DNA of 59,619 nt, the filler included, from Sphacelaria rigidula (Eukaryota): the NCBI GenBank assembly GCA_964200075.2. It is 3 parts of 3 records of this genome, joined end to end, with 100 filler letters (N's around TTAATTAATTAA, not from the genome) between each part and the next. Parts side by side here need not be neighbours in the genome. Positions count along the whole stretch, not along the records: positions 39,820 to 59,619 come from CAXNAA020000612.1; 2 more parts are not named here. One strand, given 5' to 3'. The translations under genes were made by a program, and so were the position numbers. Shown here piece after piece: positions 39,820 to 51,700 of this stretch. Position 1 is the first letter of the stretch; each line of letters starts with the position of its first letter. The notes under the pieces were generated by a model. It saw nothing but the letters and a program-made list of their open reading frames with translations. It searched no databases and was not told the DNA's origin.

Positions 39820-40100
39820 GTTGCTTTATTATCTGGTATCGCCACTTCCTGAGACAGCCACGGCTTTTACACTGCCTCATGGGTATCTTGCCGGGGGGAG
39901 GGGGGGGGCGCCGCTTGCGTTCTCTTTGCGCTGACCATGATGGTGGTCGAGCTAGATCATATTGTGCGAGGTGGAGAACCCAAACTCCGCGTAAAGGGGA
40001 TGATCGTAACACGCAGTGTTTATATGATGAGACACCTATGAGGCAGTGTGTAACCCGTGGCTGTCCCTGGAAGTGGTTATACCAGAAAATGAAGGAATTC
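39820..40100. repeat. Inverted pair of a repeat family also present at about 44010-44130
   Basis: TCTGGTATCGCCACTTCCTGAGACAGCCACGGCTTTTACACTGCCTCAT pairs with ATGAGGCAGTGTGTAACCCGTGGCTGTCCCTGGAAGTGGTTATACCAGA; third copy AGGCAGTGTATAAGCCGTTGCTGTCTCTAGAAGTGGCGATACCAGA at about 44028. Confidence 0.8.
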
Positions 40101-40329
40101 ATCGGGGGCTGTCGTCCATACGCAAGATAATCAGTACGCTTCAGGCTTTACGATATTAGCATGATGCAGCTCGCCGTACAGCAATGATGCTAAGATGTAC
40201 TACACACAGCACACAAGACCATCAATAAACAATCACCTTCATGCTTTGTCAACCTTCCCAACCTTGCGAAGGTGCTCAGGATAGAGTACGACACTGTAGG
40301 CACTCCGTAAAGGCTGGTTCAGGGTGAGT

Positions 40330-41240
40330 GCCCAAAATTTATTATCCACTAGATAAAAAGCGCAAAACTGACCCGACAGACACATATTTTGGATCACAGT
40401 CACCCCCACGAGCAAGCGAACGGTGTGGCATGACCAGATTTTTTCTTTCGTCCTTCGCCGCAGCGCTGGGGAAGAAGTTTCTCGGCCAATCAGAGGTCCC
40501 CAAGTTGTTCTGGATTTTTTTTTCAATTGCCCGTACAATTTTGTACCCAATCTCTTCACGAATCAAACCTTAGTAAACGCCATCAGCTAGCAAATCAAAC
40601 GCAAAAAAAACAGATTTGGAAACAGTTTGTATGCGATCGAGTTATATCCCAAAACGTGGTAATTCCGCTGATGAAATGCATCAAAGACCCAGAAAGCCTC
40701 TTGGCCTTTCCCCTTGTAACTGCCGTAGAAAAGCTCCGATCACCCTCAAACTTAGATACAGATGCTACAAATGGAAAGAAAAAAAAAAGTTGAGGAATAT
40801 TTTTAAGTTTATCCGCTCTCTACCAGCTTCCGGGGGTCCTAGCGTGAAGACCCTCAGAAGCCAGAACAAAATACCTCAAGATAAAACAGTCAAATTTGAC
40901 TCGCCCCGACGTAGTCCCTGGAACGTCAGCTCAAAGTTTCGTTGCGTAACTCGAAAAGCTAATCCCAAACGGTCCATGCAAGCTCAAGCGCACAAGAAAA
41001 ACGTCAGTAGCATACTATATTCAAGTAATTACGGGGATCCCGCGTACATTTGTATACTTCGACGAGCAATTCCTCACGCCGATTTTTCGAGTTGGACCCT
41101 GAAGTTGCACATAAGTGCTCGCGGATATTTAAAAACTCGACATGGATGTTCTTCTGTTTATTGTATGTTTTTTTCGCCAGATATCCGGGGTCTCAGGAAG
41201 CAGTGTGACAGACCGCCTTCTGGGACCCCGGATATCTGAC
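40330..41240. mobile_element. Interspersed repeat, inverse homolog of the 21630-22705 element
   Basis: Shared blocks such as CCAATCAG, CAGATTTG.AAAC, AGAAAAGCTC.GATCA.CCTCAAACTT, GCTTCCGGGGGTC, TTCCTCACGCCG.TTTTTCGAGTT. Confidence 0.7.
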
Positions 41241-41725
41241 GAAAAAACGAAAAAATCAACAAAACTCATTCGTACAAAGTTTCTAATTATGCTGTCTTTT
41301 GTCGTCCCCTCGTCCTGAAAAATCTGTTTTTGACTTTAATTGGTGATGCAAAAAATCTTACCGGCGTTTCTCAGACGTACGTCAAAGCCTCGCCCAGTCT
41401 CGGCGACCTCGTACCATTCACCTTCAGAGGTCACGGACCTAATGCACTGATATTTGCAAGGTGGGACCCAAAGGTAGTTTAGTTAGGTAGACATTATGAG
41501 CACATAACGTATCGCCCTGTCCGTCGTCTTGGGCCATAATTCCCTACGGCCATCTCCCGCCGCCAACTCTAATTTGTGATACCTCATCGCCTTGCGCCTC
41601 TAACACCATTCCAAGGGTGTTGCGATGTCTGTTCCCTTCCCGTTCGTGCTCATGGTGCAAATCGGCGAATCCACTATTATTTTACCCGGCAGATTTTACT
41701 CCAAGATTTTCATTTTTCATGTTTT

Positions 41726-42400
41726 AGATTTTGATACGTTGAATTGCACAAACAGCCGACGTCCTCGACGGCGAGTTGGTAATTTTTCTCCTTCATTTCC
41801 GGCAGATATTACCCGACTACCGCTACCGGTACGTTCGGTATGATCGGCGAAATTGTAGAAGTCATCATTTGATACGTTAACAACAACGTAAGATTAACCT
41901 CTTTGATGGTGCAGATTTTGACAGTTAGAATTTCACCGATACCCGACGTCCTCGTCCGTAAATTGGTCATTTTTCCACGGCGCGAATTGGTATATATTTC
42001 CCTCTTATTTCCGGCAGATATTACCCGACTACCGCTGCCGGTACGTTCGGTGTGATCGGCGAAATTGTAGAAGTCAGAACTTGATACGTTGACAACGTGA
42101 GATTCACCTCTTTTCTGGTGCAGATTTTGATACGTTGAATTTCACCGATACCCGCCGTCCTCGTCAGCGAATCGGTAAATTTTCTTTTATTTCGAACAGA
42201 TTTTACCCGACCACCTCTGCCGCTATACGCTCAGTGTGATTGGCGAATCGGTGAAATTGTAAAAGTCATCATTTGATACGTTGAGAACTTAGGGTATACC
42301 TATTTTCTGGTGCAGATTTTGATTCGTTGAATTTAACGAACACCGGACGTCCTCGACCGCGTATTAATAAATTTACCCGACTACCACTGCCGGTACGTTA
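41726..42400. repeat. Tandem array, about 3.5 copies of an about 195-bp unit
   Basis: AGATTTTGA anchors at 41726, 41913, 42122, 42314; shared TTACCCGACTACC.CT.CCGGTACGTT and CGAAATTGTAGAAGTCA. Confidence 0.9.
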
Positions 42401-42700
42401 TTACTATTACATTACTGTCGCACAATCTCAAGGGCTAAGTTCGGCAAAGTTCGTCGGCAACCTCCCTCAAAATCTATCGGCAAACCTCGTCGTTTCGGCG
42501 CAATGTCATATCAATATCCTGATAAGTGGCCCGCAAACTCCCATCAATATCGGCGGACGTACCGACATGTCAAACTGTATCGCAACCACGCAACCCCTTT
42601 GCCATCAATTGTTTGGCGCCCACAACACAGCATCAACTATGCTGCACATGACATGTCAGCACCACTGATTTCATTAACGTCCCGAGTGCAGAATACTGCT

Positions 42701-43057
42701 TGAGAACAATGTTTCCATCAGAGGGGGCCTCAAGGCACAGGGTTTATAGGTACCTCCAACAAGGGATCGACGGGGTCATACTTCCGTCTTCCTGAGTGCT
42801 GCCAGCCTGCGACGCTGAGGACGCCAGGGAGGTCACATCCGGTCTCAAGAGCTCCATCCGGACGGTTCAAGCTGAAAGCTTGAGATCGGGTGCGAGTCCG
42901 GATGAAGCTATTGAGACCGGATGCGACCTCCTTGGCGTCCTCAGCGTCGCAGGCTGGCAGCACTCAGGAAGACGGAAGTATGACCCCGTCGACCCCTTCT
43001 TGGAGGTATCTATAACCGTATGCCTTGAGGTCCCTTTGGTGGGAAAACCGTTCTCAT
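42701..43057 (+). ncRNA. Candidate hairpin RNA / pre-miRNA-like foldback
   Basis: About 160-bp stem with a perfect core of about 60 bp; many non-identities are G-U pairs on the + strand; the loop contains TCAAGCT-GAA-AGCTTGA mini-hairpin; no TSD seen. Confidence 0.55.
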
Positions 43058-44605
43058 CAACTACACAGGTCGTTCGATCAACTACACAGGTCGTTCGATC
43101 GCGGACGATAACGGATATCACTGGGGTCAACAAAAAATATACACGTACGCTCCTCTTCTGCGAAGGATTGCTGGTCTGCTCATTCCTTTTCTCGCTAAAT
43201 ATTTGCGCCGGTCGCTGATCTGATTGCGAAAATTGCCGAGTTATTAAATGATATTCCGATCCATTTTCCAAAAAATTATTCTCCAATCCAAAACATAATA
43301 ATCCAACCCGAACCACTCCCAACCAAAAAATATACATCATTTTCGAACAAACATTAGTTCATTCATTCATTCATCGTTGTCATCAAATATCATATCAGAG
43401 CACCCACGTGCAAAATTTCAGGGTCTGATTCGAAAAATCGGCGTGAGAGATCGCTGGGGAGTTGACTTTTGTCGTTCACCCTGAACGAGCCTGTATTTCC
43501 AAAGTATTCCCGGCACGCGTTACTCCTGAGTACCTCAAGTATTATCTACTTGTGAAAATACTGAGTTTTCCAGAGTAGCTAGGGAGTGGACTGCCATCAA
43601 CACTGAGGATCTCACAGTATCTAGAGTATCGATCGCAGAAATAAATTACCGGATGTCTCAGAGTACCTAAAGTATCAAAACCTCATCTTACTCGTACTCG
43701 TACTCTACCCTATCCCAAGCACCCCTGAAAAAAAAGTGCGGGTTGAGATTCTATCCGCACTGCTACTGCTCGCTTCGGGACCAGAGTCTCACCACGTATA
43801 TGTCAGATAAATCTTTCATGGACCCAGAATGCGACAAAAGACAACGTGGATACCCTTCGATACAAAACCAAAAAATGACGACAAGCAGAGACCGCAAGAA
43901 AGCACGCAGAGTCGCGGGTTCAAAGCAGAAGCCACGATCAAGTCATTATAATGTGGGATTGGGATTGGGTTGAAATATGTTTCCAGGACTGCCCCCCTCC
44001 CTCCCGGAGCATGATGACGCACCCATAAGGCAGTGTATAAGCCGTTGCTGTCTCTAGAAGTGGCGATACCAGATAATGAAGCAACTCATTATAGGCTGTA
44101 AGCCAAATGCAAGAAAATCAGTAGGCTTCGGGCCGAACAATCTTCGCAAGGTGCAGCTCACCCTTGACGCGACTTGCCGAGGACACCACGGCGCTTCGCG
44201 CGTGGTGGTTTGAGTGCAAGCCTGCCCCGGCGAAAACCCGGCGTGCTCCATCCTGGCTTTGTAGGGATGCGAGGTCAACGGTCTGATGACTACGGCATGC
44301 ATGATCATGAGTACACCCCCCCGGAGCATGTATCCCCCAATCACAAGCCACCACCATTACCACCACAATCCTCGCAGCGGCTCCGCCCCCGCGGTCATTA
44401 GTATAGGAACAATACAAGTCAGACTCAGAGTCTGGTGGCACCCACCTGCACGCGATACTGACGAATAACGGCTTGTTCTCTCATGGTTTCCTGGGTTTGA
44501 TGGAAGTTGAACAGCGTGTAGCCGGTGCCTCCCGGGACAGTGCGCTTCCTGATACTAATATCCTCCTGTGCACACACAGAACAAATATCGGAAGCAAACA
44601 AACGT

Positions 44606-44606
<1 letters not shown>

Positions 44607-44639
<33 letters not shown>
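44607..44639. repeat. (CA)n microsatellite
   Basis: About 16 CA units. Confidence 0.95.
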
Positions 44640-44642
<3 letters not shown>

Positions 44643-45164
44643 ATACACAGCAAGCAACCCAGCAAACGCAGCACACGCCAAAAAAAATGGAGAAGTGAAG
44701 GGATAGTGACCACCGCGAAGACAATGACGACCATGCCGCACCGTCAGACACATAGCCAAAATATATGGCAAAACTATACCATCATATCACTAGCGGGTCC
44801 AACAGTAGATTGATTTACAGCTCGTGATGCATGCGTCATGCTTGACCATCTCCAGCCTTGAGCACTTCAGCTTGTGGCACGACAGCAAAACACACGTACA
44901 GGAGGAGTACTCCTGGAAATGTGCTGCGGCAAAACTGGTCACTGACAAATCTCCAGTAACACAAGCTAAATTACACGTTTACAATCCAGCAGACGAGGTG
45001 TGCGGGATGAAAAGATACTCACGTCCTAGCGACACCACCCACCTCTACTCTGCTCATAAAAAAAAGTGCTCTATACCACAACAACCGTACGATAGGATCT
45101 CCGCGACCGAGACCAACAACGTCCCCAGCGATTTGAGGAGAGGAGCGAATGCATCGTTTGATGG

Positions 45165-47994
45165 TCATTCTTGCCGTAGCTCTGCTTGTTTCTCGTCCCC
45201 TCTTCGGGCATCAAGGCTCATTTTGCTGAATTTCTGAGATGGAAACCCGCCTAGTCTTTCGACAAAACACAGGGAGACAGGATAACGATACGAGGAGCCT
45301 CATCATAGTCAATTTGTTCGTATCCTTAATGTTTCCGTTCTCAAATATCAGATCTCGAGTTGTGAACCCAAGTCATGTACACTGCGTAAAGCTTGGAAAT
45401 CTCACACGCTCTTGTAGACGTTTCTCGCATTCTATTTGCTTCGGGCACGATTTTTTTTAACGACGACAGGTATCGTTGTTCTCGCCGTGGTATGAGCAAC
45501 CCGCAGAACAAGTTCCAGGACAATCGTGCAACAACTCAATTGCGTTGGTTGTTGTACCAAACCATCTGCCCCCAGCAGGTCGTATTTGACGTGCTCACAT
45601 AATTTCAAGTGATCGAAGTGCCCGAGTGACCAATCAGAGCGCATAGCACACGCCATGGTGGCCATACGGTTGCAGGGAACCCACTTTTTGTCTCACGTTT
45701 TGCAGCTGACCATGCTGCTTGCCAGGGGGAAAACGTTTTAGTAGGACCAGCCTATACCTGTAACAGAACAAGCTCCCAGCCTCGCCCGCAAGTTTCCTCT
45801 ATCGTCGCGGGGTCCTCCGTACAAGCTTCCAAGAACAGATCTACCACGGCGGGGTCTGGCAGCGACTCTAGCGCTGTCTCATTCTCGAAAGACGCGTGCA
45901 ACGACACGCTTCCGTACAGATCTTCGAGGCCCGCAAAGTTTGCTGAGAACAGCGCGCCGTATGATCCTTCGAGCACGACAGACGAAGCAGTGGAGACAGC
46001 CGAAGCTGCCAGTGAGCCATTGGCCGGGGCAAACTCGGTACAGCCGGCAGCGTTGGAAGATGACATAGATGAAGATGATTCCGAAGAAGATAGCCACGGG
46101 CAGGCGCCTCCACCGTCGCGCGGAATGGGGAGCGTGGCCGTGCCCCGCATGTTTCTCCTGGCGATCAACACGCAACCACCCGCGAAAACCAGGTAAGTGA
46201 GGGCGAGCAGCGACATGACCATCGCCGCTGGCATCACCTCCATCAGGATTTTCGGCTTAGCGTGTGTCGTCAAACGGAGATTTCTCGTGTCTAGCTCCTC
46301 ATCGAGGGCTTGTTCGGGGATACGAGGCAACGTTTTCGTGGGGACGGGAACGGGGGGGGAGGGTGAAGACGTTGGGACAAGTAGGCGACCTATTTAGCGT
46401 GTCTCCTATATCGCTAACGTGTCTTAAGTTCTAGTCCGGAGTCCGGAATACCCATCAAGTTAGTGCTCCAAAATACAGCATTGTTGTAGTTCACCTGAAC
46501 GCATGGCTTTGGCTTCATCCTCTCGCTCGGAACACGAACACCACAGGCAAAGCAGAAAATTACAAGAGGATTGGTGCTACTCAAACAAAACTCACCATGC
46601 AAGATGTGCTTCGGTCCTGGTAGATTGAAAACTTTTCGTGTCAAGGTCTTCGCAGTCGCCCTCAGCCCCTTCATCTCCTCCTCCCAAACTCCCCCCGTCC
46701 CGTCACGGGATCGCCCCAACGATGTCTCGGTCCTGCCTGGTTCAGACCAAGGGAAATTTGTCGGTCCGCTCAGCGACAGCCGAGGTAAAGCGACACGCCA
46801 CCCCGTGGCCGTGGCTGTGGCAGGGGCTGGGGTGGCGCTCGCGTCCGCCGTCGCCGCAGCGACCTCACCTTTAAGGTCTGCAACTCTTGCACATGTCGCA
46901 GCTGACCTTGCGGCTTGCGTCACGTCGCTATCGCTTGCCCGTCGGTTGACATCGACTATCTTACCCGCTATCTTGCCCGCCGTCGATGCCGCTGCGGGTG
47001 ACACAGACGAAGCCACGAGGTCCTGTGCGCTCTGCAGCATCCCGAGGTGCGGTATGGACGACTTACGAACGTGGTGCTTCCCGTGGGCAAAATGACGTGG
47101 AGCCATCCCAGCGCTGACAGGGCGGCCAGTCGGCTGGGAGCAAGGTGTATCTGCTGCAGTTGCTGCCGGCGACGAGCTGTATAGATCAGCTGCCACTGTG
47201 CAAGGAGTTGAAGAAGGACGTCGGCCATGCGAAGGTAGAGACGCCGTCGCGAGCGTGTCTAGCTCGAGCTGGTGCTGGTACTGTTGCTGCCGCCGCTGCT
47301 GATGATGCAACTGGGAGGCCCGCCTTCCTCCTGTTGTGCTCATGTTCGCCAACGAAGACGAAGAGAGGTAAGGCCCTGCGCTGAGGGTGGGTAGAGGACC
47401 GCATTCCTCATCGTACTCTTTCTCCTCTGGTGTTGCAGTCAAATCTCTCTTGCCTCCGTCGCCGTCGATCGCGCATTTTTCCTCCCCTTCTTCGTCCCGA
47501 TCAATCCACAGGTCGCGGCTTTTGCTGGAGACAGAGTGCAGCCAATGTGGACTCGGCTGATGTCTCTGGGTGTCAGCAGCGGTTACAGCTGCGGTAGCTA
47601 TGGCGCCGGCAGCGGCACCCGCGGTGCTATTGTTGTTGCTGGCGCCACTGTCGCTGTTGCGCGGGGTGAGGTGCTTACCAAGCCAAGAGGAGACAGACTG
47701 AAGCGGCCCACTTCCGCCAGCGTACAGCGTACCCGATGTAGTAGAAAGGCCTGGGAAGCACTCCGGCAATAGTCCAGTGCTGCTATGAATTCGGCTGGCT
47801 GCCTCCGAGCCGTCATCCGACGCCTGGCCATCCTCGATATTATGTTGGGTTTTTCCTTCTGCAAGGGGGCTTTGGCCTATGAAGATGTCGACGCTACTGG
47901 GGCGGCTGCTTGCAGTACGAGTACCAGGGCTCGGTGAGACCTCATCTTCCAGCGTCGGAGAATTGGGCAAACCCGAGGCAGAGCTCGACGCCAT
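45165..47994 (-). CDS. Hypothetical protein, long low-complexity N-terminus and one predicted transmembrane helix
   Basis: Phase-consistent exons 47994-46596 (GTGAGT donor), 46389-45758, 45233-45165 (KFSKMSLDARRGDEKQAELRQE-stop); hydrophobic segment VMPAAMVMSLLALTYLVFAGGCVLIA followed by RR. The ATG at 47994 follows CTGTAG, so an upstream exon is possible. Confidence 0.75.
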
Positions 47995-48719
47995 CTACAG
48001 CTTCGAGGACATCGCCTTCACAACCACCCTCGAAGAAGTCGTTGCACCCCGCAGTCCACGTGGTTGCTCCCCTCTGTTACGCGAGTACGATGCCTCTCAA
48101 GGTTGTTGCAGCTACGTCGGCTACCCTGCTGACTATCTATCAGAAGGTACGGTAGTTGCCGGACGCGGGGAGACTTTGTCAAGATGGCCCGTTTGTTTGT
48201 CCTGGTTGTCGCTGAAGGAAGACACACCTCCACACAAGACGTGGGCTCCTGGGAGTGTGATATCCCTTCCTCGCACACGCGAAAGAAAATGCAGAGTGTG
48301 TACTGTCAATACCACCTGCTACAGCCTTCTTCATGCACACTGTTGTAGTCTACACAACGGTGCCACAGCTTGCCGAGGGCACCACATTCGAACTTCCGGC
48401 GTCAATGTTCCGACCCCGTGTCTTCCTCCAAAACGCGGTTAAATTTTGACCAATCATCAATCATTCTCTGCGCGCAAGGGCGCGATGAGGGAGGGCCCAG
48501 GCAGCAGCTACGTTCAGGTGTACGTCTCTGGGCTGTACGTATCATGGAGGATTTATCAAGACGATCGCAGGAAATTGTTACCCATGTACACGAGTGACTT
48601 GATGTTTCCAGTACCCCAGGCCTCTGTTTTTACAGGTCTGTTGGTGTGGGAACCTCTTTTCTGTTCTTTTTTTTCAAAGAACAACCGCTCGAGTTGCTAG
48701 CGCTGTCGAAGGTGCCCCA

Positions 48720-51700
48720 ATGAAAGTAGAGATTGATCAGCTAGAATCCCTCTGGCCGCAGTACAGGGGTGCCATCCTACTTCGCGTAGCGCAGCAGTCT
48801 CGGAGCCGAGTTTCCAACTCGCGTGTCGCCGTAGTCGCCGGCCACGTAGCTCTCTCTCTCGAGGTGCACTCCGCGAAACCGAACGACAACCGCAGGACAT
48901 GGGCGGCGGCGGTGGCGACAGATGCACTACCGCCAACACCACCACCACCACCACCACCACCGACGCAGACGCCCCGGCTGCACCTGACGGTATTACTAGA
49001 TGTCGTCCCCAACGATGCAGAGAGGCCAAACGTGCAACAGATGGCACGATTCTTGAGCCGGGTTCTAGAGCCATCGGAGGAGGCGGGTGACGGCGTCGGC
49101 ACCGGCGAAGTGGGGGACGGGATCATGCACGACAGTGACGAGGGGGGTCTGGGCGACATTCGAGGACAGCGTGGAGATGCGCTGCTAGGAGAAGATGTCC
49201 CAGAGCTGCTGGTCGTGGAGAACAATGAAAGAGTGCGTAGATTATGCCAATTTTCCATGTCTTATTTACAAAGAAAGCAAATGAGTACACATGAGAGCTG
49301 GAGCACACCATTGACGGCGCTCTTTATCCCCTGGGTCTCTTAAGTTTGTACCGTCTTCGAGCAGGTGTGCAAGAAGCTTGAAGCAAGCAAGACCCCCCCC
49401 GCTCTATCCCACTGACAACTTATGTCCGTAAAACACTGCCTGTGCATATGGATGAGATCGATGCTACCACCTTCCCCCACTCGATTGCCCATCCCACCCT
49501 CGCCCTCCCTGCGCATGAAACACGATTGGGGAAGGTTGTCGCCAGCGAGTTCCTACACCTCGACAGTACCAACGCTAACTCTGGAGTAAGGACGCAGTCG
49601 TCCCGGCTAGTATATGCCTGCATCGAAGCCGATGGACTCCTGCGACTTTGGAAATGGCAAGCCGAGGGCCTGGGCTGGCGCTGGATCTTCCTCAACAAGT
49701 GCAATATTTGTGCTTCTCGAGAGGACCCGCGCGGATCGACGGTTCTCAATGCTGTTATAGGGACGGAGCCAGAGTCCCCGCGCCGAGGTGATAGCAGGCA
49801 CCGTATCTTCTGGGAACAAGAGGACCTGGGAGAAGGAGCGGGGCTCGGGCTGGCGGTGGACCCCACCGGACCTCGAGCACCGCGGAAAGTATGGTCGCGC
49901 AGAATTACGTTCGAGTCGGTCCTTCATGACGGCAACGGCGCCGATCAGGGTGTGGAAGAGGGCGGGAGTAGCGGCGATAACGACAGGGCCCTTGGCTTGA
50001 GCACGGGCTGCGCACGCCTGGAGATTGCGCTGGGATTTTCGGTCAGCATCCTACCGATGGGGGTTGATGGGTTACTGTGCAGCAGACTCGGCGCCTGGAT
50101 GGTCGCCGGGGATCGCATTGTTTTCAACCACTTTGCGACCGGCCGGTTGCGGGAGAAGACCCTTCCGCGACGAGTCGTCGACGATTTTAGAGGGGTTGGG
50201 ATCACTCGCAGTGTTGGCGACAATTGGTCTGGTGATACAAGGAGGAGCGATGCCTTCACAGATTCGGAGGGCGATGGAGAAGGGGGTTCATTGTCGGGTG
50301 GGAATAGCGACGAAGGGCTAGCCAGTGGAGGTGCAGGCGTTTACGGTGATGAATCTGTCGCAGGGGAAGATGCGGCAAAGAATGCACTGTCGCAAAGATT
50401 GTTCGCCGTACACGACGCAACCGGCGATCTGATGATGTATGATCCACCAAGAGCGATCCACGCCGTCTCGTTGCCGAACGGCAGCGGTGGCCTCATGCTA
50501 AGGCTTCAGTGCACTTTGGACCCGCCTCCCTCTTTCCACCCGCAATCTTTCGTGGCGCGTCTGCATCAAGCGGTGTTCGTCGGTGGCGGCGTGTGCTCAA
50601 TGTTCGACCTGTGCACTGGGCAACTTCTGGGTCGTACGTATCTTCCAAGATGCCGGGTGTGCGCCTTTCGTCGACGTCGCCACAGCCGTACAAAGTCGGG
50701 CTTGCGGTGTTCGTGTGGACGTCAGGCCTTCCAAGGAAAACCTAGACTGGAGCGGACGCTGCAATACCCCGTGCTCTGGGCGTCGGGAACACGGGGACAC
50801 CTGCTGGGGATTGTTTCGCAGATGCAAGTGTTGCGGATTAGGTTGCCTCGGATGGAAGATTGCGTGAAGGCTATGTTGATGCCGACACGAGGTAAGGGGC
50901 TGATTGAAAAAAATGTTGTGTGCTCTCCGTTTGCATCATTTTCTACGCCAAAAGGGGTATCACTCTCCCTCCGTTTCTGTATCTGCCTTTTGTCGCCGCC
51001 GTTTCGATTCTCATTATTGGCATTGCACGATGTTAATGAGAAATATACAATTGATGCTGGTAGTTTTCGCTACGTCGAGAAGTGCGTTTTTTACTGTTTT
51101 CAGTACGGTTGTTGAGTATCAAAAGTGTCGAAGAAGTATATGTACGGGTTTGCAGTACCTACTATGCTCACCTCGTGCGCCAGTGGCGGTTCCGTCGACA
51201 CAAATTAACTGTTCAAAGATGCAATCTCCATTTGTCGCTGCGCTCTCGCAGGTCAGTCTTCACCAGCGCCTTACGTGCTCCGATGTATACACGAGTATCG
51301 GCGACTTCTCGCCGCCGACGATGTATGGACCGCATCCTTGTTACCAGAACTCTTCCGATTACGTTTTTCGAATCCCAACCCCGGCGACGGTGATGAAGGC
51401 GTCCTGGAGCACGTGGGGGGGGAGGCTAGTGAAATGACGCACATGCTAGACTACGCGTTCTCGGCGGAGAAAAGCTGCGGCAAGCAAGGGCGCAACAACT
51501 CGTGCGGGTCGATTCCCCCATGGCTGTTACTGGCGATGATGTCAGCCGCTCAGAAAGATCGGAAACGGACCCTTACGCCCCAAAACGTCGTCGGTGGGTG
51601 GATCGGTGACGGCGTAAATCCTGCTGATGCGGCGCGAGATCCGGTCACATCCGTGGCGGAATCGCGCTTGAGAAAGGCAGTGGAAGACCGCGTTGCGGAG

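Noticed and set aside
42445-42470. KFVGNLP as the missing CSTF2 RNP2 motif
   Set aside because: Lies downstream of the gene, on another contig, at the end of a repeat; chance match.
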